Under the pieces are notes generated by a model, which made no database searches, was not told where the DNA came from, and saw only the letters and a program-made list of their open reading frames with translations. A DNA stretch of 64,000 nucleotides, taken from positions 1 to 64,000 of the forward strand of contig JAUCBJ010000579.1 in NCBI GenBank assembly GCA_032718475.1, read 5' to 3'. This stretch comes from Nemertoderma westbladi. Its lineage: Eukaryota; Animalia; Xenacoelomorpha. Shown here one piece after another: positions 23,871-36,927 of this stretch; within the stretch, counting starts at the first letter, position 1, and the number at the start of each line of letters is the position of its first letter. Both the position numbers and the translations under genes were made by a program.

Positions 23871-26800
23871 ACACGTTCGTGGGGCCTTCGCGCAGCACGA
23901 GGCCCAGTTATGAGATACAAATTAAAATTGAGCGACTGTATCACAAAATCAGGTTTTGAGAAATTTACCCACACCACCAATCAATCAAAGAAAGGGGGAC
24001 AGTACGTGTTCACCCCTTTTAATCCCCCCCCCCCCCCACCCTTCCCAACCACCAATACATAACCGCGACATCTACCACCCACGGAAGGGTAGCACGAACT
24101 TATTTCCAATCGCACGTTCAATATGCAAAGCCAGGTGGTTTATAGGAATATAATAAACGCAGTACTCGTATTCATTATAAGCCTCGTTGCGTTCGTCCTG
24201 TTTTGTATTTAAATATATTTCTTAAACGCAGGCTAGGACGTTCTTTATAATAATAATAACTAGGGATGCGATCAATATGTGAAGCCAGGTGGTTTATATA
24301 ATAATTTAGTCAACGCAGTACTCGTCTTCATTATATGCCTCGTTGCGCTCGTCGCTTGTCCTGTTTTGTTATAAAATATTTTTCCTAAACGCAGACTGAC
24401 GATCTTTATACAGTTATAACTATGCGAAGTTTCGAAACTGTGCGAGTAACTGTTGATACATCTATGTGGATATGTGTGATATGTGGAGATGTGTGATACA
24501 ACGCCAACGCATCTTATGCCGATGTAGTAATATGGGTATTGAAATAATATTAAATTAATGTACACTCTTAAAGCTGCAGCGAAAAAATGTAGCTAATTTC
24601 CTAGGTTACATATAAAATAATAATATTATTTTTAAGAACATTAATTTTACTACTTTGCAAAAATTCAATTAAAAAATAACCAGACATATACATTGTGGAA
24701 TAAACTATTTCAGAAGCCTACACAACAGCCATGCCATGGATAGTATTTATGTTATGATATCTGTCATTCACCTGAGATAGCAATACAACATTTATAGTGA
24801 ATTTAAAGAATGCTGTCTGGGCTGGAATAGCAATACTGGTTGTCTATTACTATTCCTCTCTGGTTAGTCTTAGCAACAACTCCCAGCCAGCAGCAGAGAC
24901 TTGACCAATAATCATTCCCAGCAACTGGGAATGACACACACATCCCATCTATGTACCAGCATGTTGGCCAATAAATGAGCAGTATTTAATGAGAATAAAT
25001 TTTTTTTGCCGTTTTAATTACTTTAGATCAATTAAAGACACAATTATTAAAGCAAATCACTTGAACTAATTAAAAACTATAATAGAATGGCGTATGGGGA
25101 TTACATCTGTATAATTTTTAATTATAATTATTTAAATCTTATACTGTAAAACAATTAATTTCCTTTAAAAGGCAGGTTGAAAATGGTGTTTTTACCGTAA
25201 TAACTTAATTAACTAATTAACTGCTATTATCTTAGCTTCTCGAAGGCCACACTGAAATTCTACTTGGAAAATTTCTAAACTTTTGCCAAACAACATGTGT
25301 ACCAAGTTTGGATAGATTTCATCAAAGATTGGCCGAGTTATTAACGTTTAAAATTGAACACGACAGAACGACAGAACGACAGAACGACACGTTCGTGGGG
25401 ACTTCGCGCAGCACGAGGCCTAGTTATTATATACAAATTAAAATGCAGCGACTGTATCACAAAATCAGGTTTTGAGAAATTTACCCACACCACCAATCAA
25501 TCAAAGAAAGGTGGACAGTACGTGTTCACCCCTTTTAATCTCCCCCCCCCCCCCCCCCCACCCTTCCCAACCACCAATACATAACCGCGACATCTACCAC
25601 CCACGGAAGGGTAGCACGAACTTATTTCCAATCGCACGTTAAATATGCAAAGCCAGGTGGTTTATAGGAATATAATAAACGCAGTACTCGTTTTCATTAT
25701 AAGCCTCTTTGCGTTCGTCCTGTTTTGTATTTAAATATATTTCTTAAACGCAAGCTAGGACGATCTTTATAATAATAATAACTAGGGATGCGATCAATAT
25801 GTGAAGCCAGGTGGTTTATATAATAATTTAGTCAACGCAGTACTCGTCTTCATTATATGCCTCGTTGCGCTCGTCGCTTGTCCTGTTTTGTCATAAAATA
25901 TTTTTCCTAAACGCAGACTGACGATCTTTATACAGTTATAACTATGCGAAGTTTCGAAACTGTGCGAGTAACTGTTGATACATCTATGTGGAGATGTGTG
26001 ATATGTGGAGATGTGTGATACAACGCCAACGCATCTTATGCCGATGTAGTAATATGGGTATTGAAATAATATTAAATCAATGTACACTCTTAAAGCTGCA
26101 GCGAAAAAATGTAGCTAATTTCCTAGGTTACATATAAAATAATAATATTATTTTTAAGAACATTAATTTTACTACTTTGCAAAAATTCAATTAAAAAATA
26201 ACCAGACATATACATTGTGGAATAAACTATTTCAGAAGCCTACAACAGCCATGCCATGGATTGTATTTATGTTATTATATCTGTCATTTAACTGAGATAG
26301 CAATAGTAGTAATAGTCGAACGGTTATGCGGCCCGTCCAGCCTATAATAAACACAATTCAGTGATTGGGCTGGAATAGCAATACTGGTTGCCTCTATTAC
26401 AATTCCTCTCAGGTTAGTCTACAGCCACAACTCCCAGCAGCTAGCTCCACACCAGCAGAGACTTGACCAATAATGGGAAGGATTAAATTTGTACTCAATA
26501 ATTGTGCGGTTTAATTACGTTTAGATCAATTAAAGACACATTTATTAAAGCAAATCACTTAAACTAATTAAAAACTATAATAGAATGGCGTATGGGGATT
26601 ATATCTGTATAATTTTTAAGTATAATTATTTAAATCTTATACTGTAAAACAATTAATTTCCTTTAAAAGGCAGGTTGAAAATGGCGTTTTCACCGCAATC
26701 AACTTAATTAACTAATTAACTGCTATTATCTTAGCTTCTCGAAGGCCACACGGAAATTCTACTTGGAAAATTTCTAAACTTTTGCCAAACAACATGTGTA

Positions 26801-26903
26801 CCAAGTTTGGATAGATTTCATCAAAGATTGGCCGAGTTATTAACGTTTAAAATTGAACACGACAGAACGACAGAACGACAGAACGACAGAACGACAGAAC
26901 GAC
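23871..26903 (+). repeat. ~1.52-kb tandem duplication (23871-25386 / 25387-~26900) with Helitron/Helentron-like features
   Basis: Two near-identical copies (identical-length ORFs 24272-24565 and 25794-26087). Each copy ends in an (ACGACAGA)n microsatellite. The unit start carries a GC hairpin followed by CTAG|T (25420-25424; CCAG|T in copy 1). After copy 2 there is a 55-bp tandem pair (26903-27015). Confidence 0.8.
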
Positions 26904-27929
26904 AGGTTGATTAATGGTACCACTACGCTAAGGCTCACTCACTTCGTGGCTCGCCCCACAGGTTGATTAATGGTACCACTACGCTAAGGCTCACTCACTT
27001 CGTGGCTCGCCCCACATTATCAGCTCAACTCCAATTTATTTATTTACTAAGACCCCGGCAGCAGAAATTGAGCGTATACGTACTTACTGTATGTGTAATG
27101 TAATTCCCCCACCCCCCCCCCCCCCCCCCCCCCCGCTTCACTTTAACATTAACGCTTCACTGTAACGCCGTACGTCTTGGACCATTCCTCATTTCCCCCC
27201 ATCCCAGTCAAAGTTCCAAGTAAGTCTATTTCAGAAATTAATATAAATAAATTTATCATATAGATTTCTCCACAATACCGTAATTAAAAAGTATTCAAAG
27301 CAAAATATTCAATTCAAAAACCCGCTTGTGTAACCTGCTACTTTCGATCAATTGGTGATTGTGATCGTTTTGGTTAGACATGAACGCCTCTGTAACCTGC
27401 TCCTTTACCCCCAATTGGTAAAGTGACCATTTATTGTTTTAGTTAGAAAAGCTCGCCTCTGTAAACCTGCTCCTTTCCCCCAATACTGTAGATAAAGTAA
27501 TCGTTTATTTTTTTTGGTTAGAAAAACCCGCCTATAGAACCTGCTCCTTTCCCTAAATTGGTAAGCGATCGTTTATTGTTTTGGCTCCAATAACCCTTCT
27601 ATGTAACCTGCTCCTTTCTCCCAAAAGGTAAAGTGATCGTTTATTGTTTTGGTTAGGTTAGGTTGTTTTGGTATTGTTTTTTTGGGGGGGGGGGGGTGGG
27701 GGGGGGGGGGTGGGGTATTCCTCGCGGGGTGACATTTTCGCCTAAAGAAAACGGCCCAGTAGCTTAGCTCATGCTGTCAGGAGTAGTACATAACCAAAAC
27801 AATGATAGAGTCAATACACTGGTACATTATAATTTTTGCTGGTAGTCAATCAGCTGTTACTGTATTTGGGTTGAATTTGACCTGGCGAGTTGATGATGAT
27901 GAATTTGTATAGCGGCAAATAATGGCTTT

Positions 27930-29282
27930 AAAATACCTGAGTGTTTAAAGCTCATCTATCCCATCATAGTAGACATGTACCGAACAACAAGAGTCCCACA
28001 AGAAATGAAAACAAATAAGTTGGTGTCAGTTCCCAAGAAGGGCAACCTAACACTCTATGGTTCTTTTCGGGGAATCTCATTGATCTCGATTGCTGCAAAA
28101 CTATACAATAGAATTATATTAAATCGCATCAGGGATCCCATTGAGAGACTGCTCCGTGGAAATCAGAATGGGTTCCGTAAAGGTCGTGGGACCATGGAGC
28201 CCATTTTGGCACTTAGAAGGATAATTGAAGAGTTATCAAAAAAGAAAGACAGGCATCTGGCTGTTATCTTTGTTGACTTCTTCAAGGCCTTTGATTCAGT
28301 CTCTCGCTCACGTATGTTCAGCATACTTTCATTATATGGGATTCCTGATGAAATTATTGCAGCAATCAGATCAGTATAGGATGGTTCGACAACATTTGTG
28401 TCTACTGTTGACGGTGACACAGAACCATTTGAAGTGTTATGGGGCGTCCTCCAGGGAGACACACTTGCACCATTGTTGTTCATAATTGTGGTTGACTATG
28501 TTCTACGCATGTCCTTAGATCATCATAATGATGATGGGGTGATGATAGCTCCACCTACTGGCTCCAGAATTCGAGGAAATCCTGCCAAGTACCTAACTGA
28601 TCTAGACTTTGCTGATGACTTAGGAGTACTCTCAGAATCACTAGAGGGAGCCCAACGGCTCCTCAGCTCATTAGAGCATGGTGCTTCTAGTGTTGGTCTT
28701 TTTATTAACTCCAGAAAGTCCAAAATTTTGGTTATCTTTGGTTTTGGAACTTTGAAATGAGCATAAGCTCAAAGGATGGTATGCTTGAGCATGTGGACGA
28801 CTTCTGTTACCTGGGATCATGGATCTGGAAGTCAGATGAGGACCTTCGAATACGTAAGGGAAAGGCATGGGCAGCCTTGAATAGGCTTTAGGCTTTCCAG
28901 GATTTGGAAGTCACCGAGAATTAATCGGAAACAAAATCGGAAATATTTAGAGCAGCAGTAGTTCCAGTACTCCTCTATGGGAGTCCATGCTGGCCTCTAA
29001 CTGCTGAGGACACCAAATCTCTGGATGGCACATTCACAAGAATGCTACGCCGGGTTCATTGTGTCAAGTACAATGCACACATCTCCAACCAGACACTATA
29101 CAACATTGGAGGTGTCTCATTGGTTCCCCCAAGCTTGACACTAGAACAAAATCGCCTCCGCTTTGCAGGAAATTGCTTTAGCCGTGAGGACCAGCCAGTG
29201 CATAATCTTGTACTTTGGTAGCCACATGGAGTGAATAAGCATGGTGGACGACTGCCCATGACTTTCTTGAGACGCATCTTAA
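27930..29282 (+). pseudogene. 5'-truncated RTE-clade LINE reverse transcriptase fragment (copy 1)
   Basis: Motifs 'VPKKG..FRGISL..KLYNRI', 'NQNGFRKGRGT', 'FVDFFKAFDSV', 'GVLQGDTLAPLLF', 'DLDFADDL', 'YLGS' and 'RLRFAG'. In-frame stops and frameshifts. Confidence 0.9.
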
Positions 29283-29797
29283 CCCTATTAAACCCGGGGG
29301 GGGCGAGGTTTTTTATTATAATTCTGAAACAAACGCAGTTGGAAATCTGAAATTTTATGACTTTTCCTAAAAATCTATTGTCTTCCTAGTAGTGAAAACC
29401 GTTTTCAAAAATATTGGGTACTTTTCGAGTTATAGCACCATTTTTTAACCCTACTTTTGGCACTTTTTTTGAGACGTTTTTTGAAAATTACATTTCATTA
29501 AATATGAATTGTAACATCTCTATTTTTGATTTACACCGTTTTTTTTGGTGTTAGAAATTGGATGGAATTCATATAAATTGATTTAGAATTTTCAAACTTG
29601 TTTTTTTCGGTGGGTGCCAAATTTTGGTGCCAGCACCAAATTTTGAAATATGTCAATTTTGTAAATTGATTGTTTGAAACTTGTTTTTTACGCAATTGGG
29701 GTTTTTTGGGGTTCTGGTTTCGATGAAATATATACGAGTTGCACCAAGCGTATCAAACTTGTATTTTTCGGTGCTGTGTGCAAATTTTGGTGCTTAC
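29283..29797. mobile_element. Left part of the piggyBac-like element, duplicated together with the RTE fragment
   Basis: TTAA|CCCTATTAAACCCGGG start. Near-identical to 31060-31570, then stops. Confidence 0.8.
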
Positions 29798-29922
29798 CCA
29801 GTTAAAACGGTGCTAGCATATTGCTAGCAACGTTCTGCATCATTTGTGCTAACATTTTGCAAGCACAAATGTGATACCCTTACCCTGTCAAAATGCTAGC
29901 ATTTTGCAAGCATTAATTCCAG

Positions 29923-31059
29923 TGGAAAACAGAATGGGTTCCGTAAAGGTCGTGGGACCATGGAGCCCATTTTGGCACTTAGAAGGATAATTTAAGAATT
30001 ATCAAAAAAGAAAGACCGGCATCTGACTGTTATCTTTGTTGACTTCTTCAAGGCCTTTGATTCAGTCTCTCGCTCACGTATGTTCAGCATACTTTCATTA
30101 TATGGGATTCCTGGTGAAATTATTGCAGCAATCAGATCAGTATAGGATGGTTCGACAACATTTGTGTCTACTGTTGACGGTGACACAGAACCATTTGAAG
30201 TGTAATGGGGCGTCCTCCAGGGAGACACACTTGCACCATTGTTGTTCATAATTGTGGTTGACTATGTTCTACGCATGTCCTTAGATCATCATAATGATGA
30301 TGGGGTGATGATAACTCCACCTACTGGCTCCAGAAGTCGAGGAAATCCTGCCAAGTACCTAACTGATCTAGACTTTGCTGATGACTTAGGAGTACTCTCA
30401 GAATCACTAGAGGGAGCCCAACGGCTCCTCGCGCTCATTAGAACATGCTGCTTCTAGTGTTGGTCTTTTTATTAACTCCAGAAAGACCAAAATTTTGACA
30501 GTTAACTTTGAAAGTCCTCAGCAAGTCTCTGATCGGATGAGCATAAGCTCAAAGGATGGTATGCTTGAGCATGTGGACTTGACTTCTGTTACCTGGGATC
30601 ATGGATCCGGAAGTCAGGTGAGGACCTTCGAATACGCAAGGGAAAGGCATGGGCAGCCTTGAATAGGCTTTCCAGGATTTGGAAGTCACCGAGAATTAAT
30701 CGGACACTTAAGGTCCGATTATTTAGAGCAGCAGTAGTTCCAGTACTCCTCTATGGGAGTCCATGCTGGGCTCTAACTGCTGAGGACACCAAATCTCTGG
30801 ATGGCACATTCACAAGAATGCTACGCCGGGTTCATTGTGTCAAGTACAATGCACACATCTCCAACCAGACACTATATAACATTGGAGGTGTCTCATTGGT
30901 TCCCCCAAGCTTGACACTAGAACAAAATCGCCTCCGCTTTGCAGGACATTGCTTTCGCCGTGAGGATCCAGCCAGTGCATAATCTTGTACTTTGGTAGCC
31001 ACATGGAGTGAATAAGCATGGTGGACGACTGCCCATGACTTTCTTGAGACGCATCTTAA
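29923..31059 (+). pseudogene. RTE-clade LINE RT fragment (copy 2); its C-terminal end resumes at 32632-32642 and 33356-33412 after two insertions
   Basis: Near-identical to 28158-29282, including the same TAG after 'IRSV'. Removing the insertions gives FLRRILKDTGLEDADDQANVMGDRELWRR, a typical RTE C-terminus. Confidence 0.9.
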
Positions 31060-32627
31060 CCCTATTAAACCCGGGGGGCGAGGTTTTTTATTATAATTCT
31101 GAAACAAACGCAGTTGGAAATCTGAAATTTTATGACTTTTCCTAAAAATCTATTGTCTTCCTAGTAGTGAAAACCGTTTTCAAAAATATTGGGTACTTTT
31201 AGAGTTATAGCACCATTTTTTAACCCTACTTTTGGCACTTTTTTTGAGACGTTTTTTGAAAATTACATTTCATTAAATATGAATTGTAACATCTCTATTT
31301 TTGATTTACACCGTTTTTTTTGGTGTTAGAAATTGGATGGAATTCATATAAATTGATTTAGAATATTCAAACTTGTTTTTTTCGGTGGGTGCCAAATTTT
31401 GGTGCCAGCACCAAATTTTGAAATATGTCAATTTTGTAAATTGATTGTTTGAAACTTGTTTTTTACGCAATTGGGGTTTTTTGGGGTTCTGGTTTCGATG
31501 AAATATATACGAGTTGCACCAAGCGTAGCAAACTTGTATTTTTCGGTGCTGTGTGCAAATTTTGGTGCTTATTTTTAATTAGCACGAAATTTTGAAAATC
31601 CATTCAATAGATAAAATTGCTTGTGACAATTTATTTCTTGCGTTTTAGAGGTTTATGGCTTTCTGAATTCAATGGAATGTATAGTTATCGAACTAGACAT
31701 CTCAAACTTGTATTTTTCGGATGTGGGTGCAAAATGAGGTGCTAGCACTAAATTTTGAAAACCATCAAATATATCAATTGATTGTGTCACCTTGTTTCTT
31801 GCGTTATACGGGTTTGTGATGGTTCTGAATTCAATGGAATCAGTAAAAATTTCATAAGAGTTCTCACACTTGTATTTTTCGCCGGTGGGTGAAAATTGTT
31901 TTGCCAGCACCAAATTTTGGAAAATATGCAAATTGATCAGTAGTTAGTATCACCTTGTTTTTTGCGTTATGAGGGTCCTGAATCCGATGGAATCAATAAA
32001 AACAGCACTGGACATCGCAAACTTGTACTTTTTGGTGATGGGTACGAAATTTGGTGCTAGCACCAAAATTTGCCAAATTACGCCGAAAAATACAAGTAGC
32101 AATGATCTGGCATAATATAAATGTATTCCATTAGAATCAGCGCCCTCGAAAACCTGAAAATGTGAATTTATAGCATCGTATAAGTGAATTAAAAATGTTG
32201 TGTTCTAACTGAAAAGTGCTGGTTACTTGTTTTTTTTCATTTTTTTCCTACGTAGAGAGGACTAAACAGCCATTTATAGTAATCATATCATTTTTAAATA
32301 TTTTCCAATGTATTTTGCACCCCAGAAAACCTGTATTGAAAAATAATTAGACGAAAATGTAACTTTCAAATTTTGTGAAAATTGTGCACTACTTGTAATT
32401 TTGGTGAGCTGCAATATAACCACCCCAGTAGAACCCTAGTTAGACACCCCTAGTTTTCGAAAATTTTTTCTTTCGGTCGGATCCAGACAAGTGATACCTA
32501 CGTACAAACAAAAAAATCAGACGTTTTCGTAAATATTTGTAGATTTTAGAGGGGGGGGGGGGGGGGGGGGGGTCAATATGACCCCCCCCCGTATTTGTAC
32601 AACATTTTAAGCCCGGTACTAATAGGG
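31060..32627. mobile_element. Non-autonomous piggyBac-like element (1568 bp)
   Basis: TTAA|CCCTATTAAACCCGGG ... CCCGGTACTAATAGGG|TTAA. Internal degenerate repeats (AAACTTGTATTTTTCGGTG...GCACCAAATTTTG). No transposase. Confidence 0.85.
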
Positions 32628-32642
32628 TTAAAGGACACTGGC

Positions 32643-33346
32643 GGATATATCTTTTTACAGAACACAGCAGAACACAGTAGAACACAATAGAATACAGGCG
32701 GAACATAGGCGAACACAGCTGTAATTAAAATCTACACCAAAAAATAACACTTGGGAAAGTACCGGATTTAATCATACAACTGTAAGATGTCAATTACATA
32801 TTTAAATTAAATGGCGGTTTCTATATCCTCCAAAATAAATTACTTCTCATCATCCTGTAACCATGGAGAGTTGGTTAGTTCTACAGCAGTACAGTACCGG
32901 TAGCTGAGTAGGCCTCAGTACATTGGTAATATACTCTACACTACTGCACTACACACGGTAATTGCCGGTAAATGCCTACATCTGTCTGTCTGTACAATGT
33001 ACAGTCTGTCAGTCTGTACATGTCTCTACAGCACTAGGCCTACTGCAGTACTGGAACAGGCTGACAGGCAGACTGATGGACTAGTAACAGGTACAGGCCT
33101 ATCCGAACAGCTGATCGGGCAACTCTGATCAGGTAATTTATTTTGGAGGATATGGAAAACCACCATTTAATTTAAATATGTAATTGACATGTTACAGTTG
33201 TATGATTAAGTCCGGTACTTTCCCAAGTGTGTTATTTTTTGGTGTAGATTTTAATTACAGCTGTGTTCGCCTATGTTCCGCCTGTATTCTATTGTGTTCT
33301 GCTGTGTTCTGCTGTGTTCTGCTGTGTTCTGTAAAAAGAACTATCC
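32643..33346. mobile_element. Mutator (MULE)-like MITE, copy A
   Basis: ~200-bp TIRs beginning GGATA(T)ATCTTTTTACAGAACACAGCAG, 9-bp TSD GACACTGGC. Confidence 0.9.
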
Positions 33347-33744
33347 GACACTGGCCTTGAAGATGCGGATGATCAAGCAAATGTCATGGGTGATAGGGAG
33401 TTGTGGCGGCGCAATTTTTTCGACAAGGTTGGCGTTTTTCGGTTTACGGTTTTTCGACAATTGGTAATCCGATAATCACATTGCACATATAGAGTAATAT
33501 ATTCAGTATATTGTATAATTGCAATATTAAAAGTTAAATTACAATAATACTTTAGACAATGGCGTGGCTAACATTATAGCCCAATGTATTGTCTGGGAGT
33601 GCCGTGCAGGTAGGGGTGGTGTGCAGTGAGTGCAAAAAATGGGGGGGGGGGGGGGGGGTGGATATTACTATGATGTGGATTGTTAGGTGAGGGATTGTTA
33701 CTGTTATTGTTGATACGCAAATAATTAATTAGTCTACGTTAATC

Positions 33745-34459
33745 GGATATATCTTTTTAGAGAACACAGCAGAACACAGTAGAACACAGCAGAACACAAT
33801 AGAATACAGGCGGAACATAGGCGAACATAGCTGTAATTAAAATCTACACCAAAAAAGAACACACTTGGGAAAGTACTGGATTTAATCATACAACTGTAAG
33901 ATGTCAATTACATATTTAAATTAAATGGCGGTTTTCCATATCCTCCAAAATAAATTACTTCTCATTATCCTGTAACCATGGAGAGTTGGTTAGTTCTACA
34001 GCAGTACAGTACCGGTAGCTGAGTAGGCCTACATCAGTACATTGGTAATATACTCTACACTGTGCCCGGTAATTGCCGGTAAATGCCTACATCTGTCTGC
34101 CTGTACAATGTACAGTCTGTCAGTCTGTACATGTCTCTACAGCACTAGTCCTACTACAGTACTGGAACAGGCTGACAGGCAGAGTGCTGGAGTAGTAACA
34201 GGTACAGGCCTAACCGAACAGCTGATCAGGCAACTCTGTGATCAGGTAATTTATTTTGGAGGATATGGAAAACCGCCATTTAATTTAAATATGTAATTGA
34301 CATCTTACAGTTGTATGATTAAATCCGGTACTTTCCCAAGTGTGTTATTTTTTGGTGTAGATTTTAATTACAGCTGTGTTCGCCTATGTTCCGCCTGTAT
34401 TCTATTGTGTTCTGCTGTGTTCTACTGTGTTCTGCTGTGTTCTGTAAAAAGAACTATCC
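33745..34459. mobile_element. Mutator (MULE)-like MITE, copy B (same family, independent insertion)
   Basis: Same ~200-bp TIRs and core as copy A, with a different 9-bp TSD, ACGTTAATC. Confidence 0.9.
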
Positions 34460-36927
34460 ACGTTAATCTCCAGCGCAATCAATCATAGGAAATACATAAA
34501 ATATTGGATGGAAAAGGTTATGGAAAATTGGTAAGATCTATGTTTTATTGATTGTTTACAGTGTACTTTAATTTAATATTTTAGAAGGTGACGTATTTCG
34601 AAAAGGGTACTGTATTCAGGGGCGCCGGAAGCACGGGGGCAGCTGCCCCCCCCTGCCCTTATGACAGGGGGGCAGGGGGGGGCAGCAATGTGCCCTTCCA
34701 GAATTAACTCACACAACGGAAACGGCCCACACTATCTGACTATTAATTAATATATGTAAAATCGTTGCAAAAATGTTAAAGTTACATTAGCAGCCAGACC
34801 AGATAGGATTCACTGGTGGCCAAAGGAAGTTTATATTTTAGCTAAATATAAGAAGACTCCATCTAATCCATCTAAATGTTGTTGTAGCCCTAAGCCATAA
34901 AGCCATATTACCAATAATGCCCCCCCCATCCCACCAACCTCGGCCCAGTCCTCCTCCGTAGATGATATAAAATCAAGTTCATAAGAAAGCCAGCCTATCT
35001 CTACCACAGCATAGTAGTCTGTATATGGCCTTGTGAACAATGGTAGCAAGGGGAGACTAATTGACCACAGATGTTCAGCACTGTGCGTACAGTGTACAGT
35101 TGGGAACAGCTTTAACTCCACCTCACCTATGTTCAATATACCAATGTACCTACCTCAATGTAGTGATGTAATCTTACTGAAGGGCACTACAGGCGTGCGA
35201 GGCCAATATGTGGTCTGATTGGACACTATGGACAGAGTTGTTTAAGTCGCTGGTTATGTATAATGTATGCAGTTATTATGTAATGACAGTTCTGTTAATA
35301 GTCTTGTCAGATTTCATACTGTCATATTGGCGTCATAATCATGATATTATTACTGTTAAATACTGTTTATTACTGAAGATTTAGATTTATTAATTATTAT
35401 AATTAATTAATAATATATAATTAATAAAATAAATTATTACCATTATTACTTTTACTGCACCATATTTGGTTTTAATTTTCTTTTTATGATATGATATTAC
35501 AAAATGTTTTATGTTGGGGCATTTTATTTACCGAGCGTTGGCGTTAGCGAGGTTAATACAGGGTCGAGAGAATATTGAAAAAAATATTCTTCTTTTTTTC
35601 CTATTTAATAGGCCTACGTAATTTTATTCTTAAATTGGAACATTTTTGTTGTCTAATTCTTTAATAAAAGATGGAGCAATATAGTGTTACAATAACTATT
35701 TGAGTGGTGGCAAAAAAGTAGGCTTTTTTTGTAGCGAGATAAATAAGAAAGAAGACAAAAAATGTTACTTTTTGCCACCACTTACGTCGTTTTATTTGTT
35801 GTATATTTATCAAAATTGATAACTAACACTTGTTCAACAAAAATTTGCAAAAACTAGCTAGTATTAGAAATTATCTATTTAATATATAATCTATTATATA
35901 TTTAATTATTGTTATTATTAATGTCATGGAAACATTACTTTTTTTCTTGACGAAAAAAGTGTTTTTTTTTGTCAAACTTGTTAACGACTTTGACAAAAAA
36001 ATTGACTTACAACAAATAAAATATATTGAACTGCAGTATTTTACTGAGACAGGGAGGGCAACTCGACGCAAAACCCGCCTTGGCGAATTAATATCCCGCC
36101 TCAATGTTAAATTCTCAATTTAGGGAAAGGAGCAGGTTACAGTGGCACGTTATTTTAACCAAAACAATAAACTAAACACAATAGAACAGGTTACAATTTT
36201 ATTATTGAGAGTTATCAGCTGTTATTTCTGTATTTGCGTCGAATTTCCCCTGGAGAGGGATGATTTTTTATTGCGTCCAGTTTCCCCTGGAGAGGGATGA
36301 TTTTTTATTGCGTCCAGTTTCCCCCCCCCCCCATCTGATTTTACTATATTGCTTCCATAGCTACTGCGATTAAACTTATTGTACTCTCTAACTCCTGATG
36401 CTTGCTGCCTAATTCAATGTTAAATAATTTAATGTTCTCGAATATTTATTATGTAGGCCTATATAACTAGAGAGCGGCAACTACATAAACCAATATCAGA
36501 ATATTGGATATTGAGTTCCGTTTTGGAATACGCCTTGCAGACACTAAAGTTGCAATAACTTTTGAGTGTGTGAATGGATTATACTCAAATTAAGTGCAAA
36601 CTTTTTCTACGTCGATTCGTTTTCAACACATTGCATTGCATAATATTTAAGAAATTCCATCAAAAATATTTTATTTCACTTTTTTGCCGGGAAAAAGTAA
36701 AATCAATGCCAAAATCAAAACAAATCAACGCTTATTCAGTTTATACCGGTATTTACCAATGTTATTAAAAACAAACTATATAAATAATCAATATAATAAT
36801 ATATATAATAAATTCTGCAATTATATAATTGTTGTATTATTAACTCTTTGTTGTAGGCCTATATCTCTATGTTATCATTGCTATTTTTCGAATATATTGG
36901 GTAATTCATTCAAGAGGTCAAACGAAA

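Noticed and set aside
24272-26087. Twin 97-aa minus-strand ORFs
   Set aside because: By-product of the 1.5-kb duplication, with no recognisable domain.
27651-27665. (TTAGG)n-like stretch as a telomere remnant
   Set aside because: Only 2-3 units, and they are part of a dispersed repeat.
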